Sequence record: NC_052659.1 | Source of the DNA: Escherichia phage nieznany | Length of the DNA: 64,000 nt | Strand: one strand, 5' to 3' | Shown: in pieces, positions 63,800-64,000 of the stretch | How the letters are laid out: each line of letters opens with the position of its first letter | Position numbering within the stretch: the first letter of the stretch is position 1 | The notes under the pieces: generated by a model | Databases searched by the model: none | Seen by the model: only the letters and a program-made list of their open reading frames with translations | What the model was told of the DNA's origin: nothing | Translations under genes and position numbers: made by a program

Positions 63800-64000
63800 T
63801 CCATTCTTGTTAAGATATTTCGTACTGTACTTCATACTAATCTATAGATCAAGTATTATTTATAATAATTTATTATTTTATTTTTAATTGATAGAAGTTG
63901 ATCTGTACGTACCAGTTCTGATACACTGTACCTGTTTGTTAGATCTAATAATTATTTATTATTAATATTTAATAATTATTAATCTAGTACGGAGTACAGT
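63800..64000. repeat. AT-rich region with short direct and inverted repeats (GTAC- and AGATC-containing)
   Basis: Repeated ACTGTAC/GTACAGT and (T)AGATC motifs in ATTATT-rich sequence; no ORF. Confidence 0.4.

Noticed and set aside
1-64000. CRISPR array or integrase/attachment-site signatures
   Set aside because: No regularly spaced direct repeats with unique spacers and no integrase- or recombinase-like ORF were seen; consistent with a virulent phage.

Overview
This window reads as a contiguous piece of a large, AT-rich, virulent tailed-phage genome with a contractile tail; no database search was possible, so all calls rest on motifs read from the translations and on gene order. Plus strand, 1..21564: early and replication genes, including a Ter-like stress module (TelA-like, vWA and TerD proteins with duplicated small partner ORFs), a SleB-like cell-wall hydrolase, four putative glycosyltransferases, a T7 gp4-like primase-helicase, a DNA methyltransferase, a family A DNA polymerase interrupted by an intein with a LAGLIDADG homing endonuclease, an AP2-domain protein, a nucleotidyltransferase-like protein, SSB and an HNH endonuclease. 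Minus strand, 21599..60593: the structural and packaging module, from tail fibers through baseplate, tape measure, tube, sheath, major capsid and portal to a large terminase whose Walker A P-loop is split by a mini-intein homologous to the polymerase intein, followed by an overlapping spanin pair. Minus strand, 60801..62813: fourteen tRNA or tRNA-like genes in three sub-clusters, each behind a sigma70-like promoter; one has an Asn anticodon arm on a long-variable-arm scaffold and two have non-canonical anticodon arms. The most interesting candidates are the phage-borne Ter-like module, the two related inteins, and the unusual tRNAs. Hypothetical CDS coordinates come from the supplied ORF track, adjusted where an RBS-supported internal start was evident.
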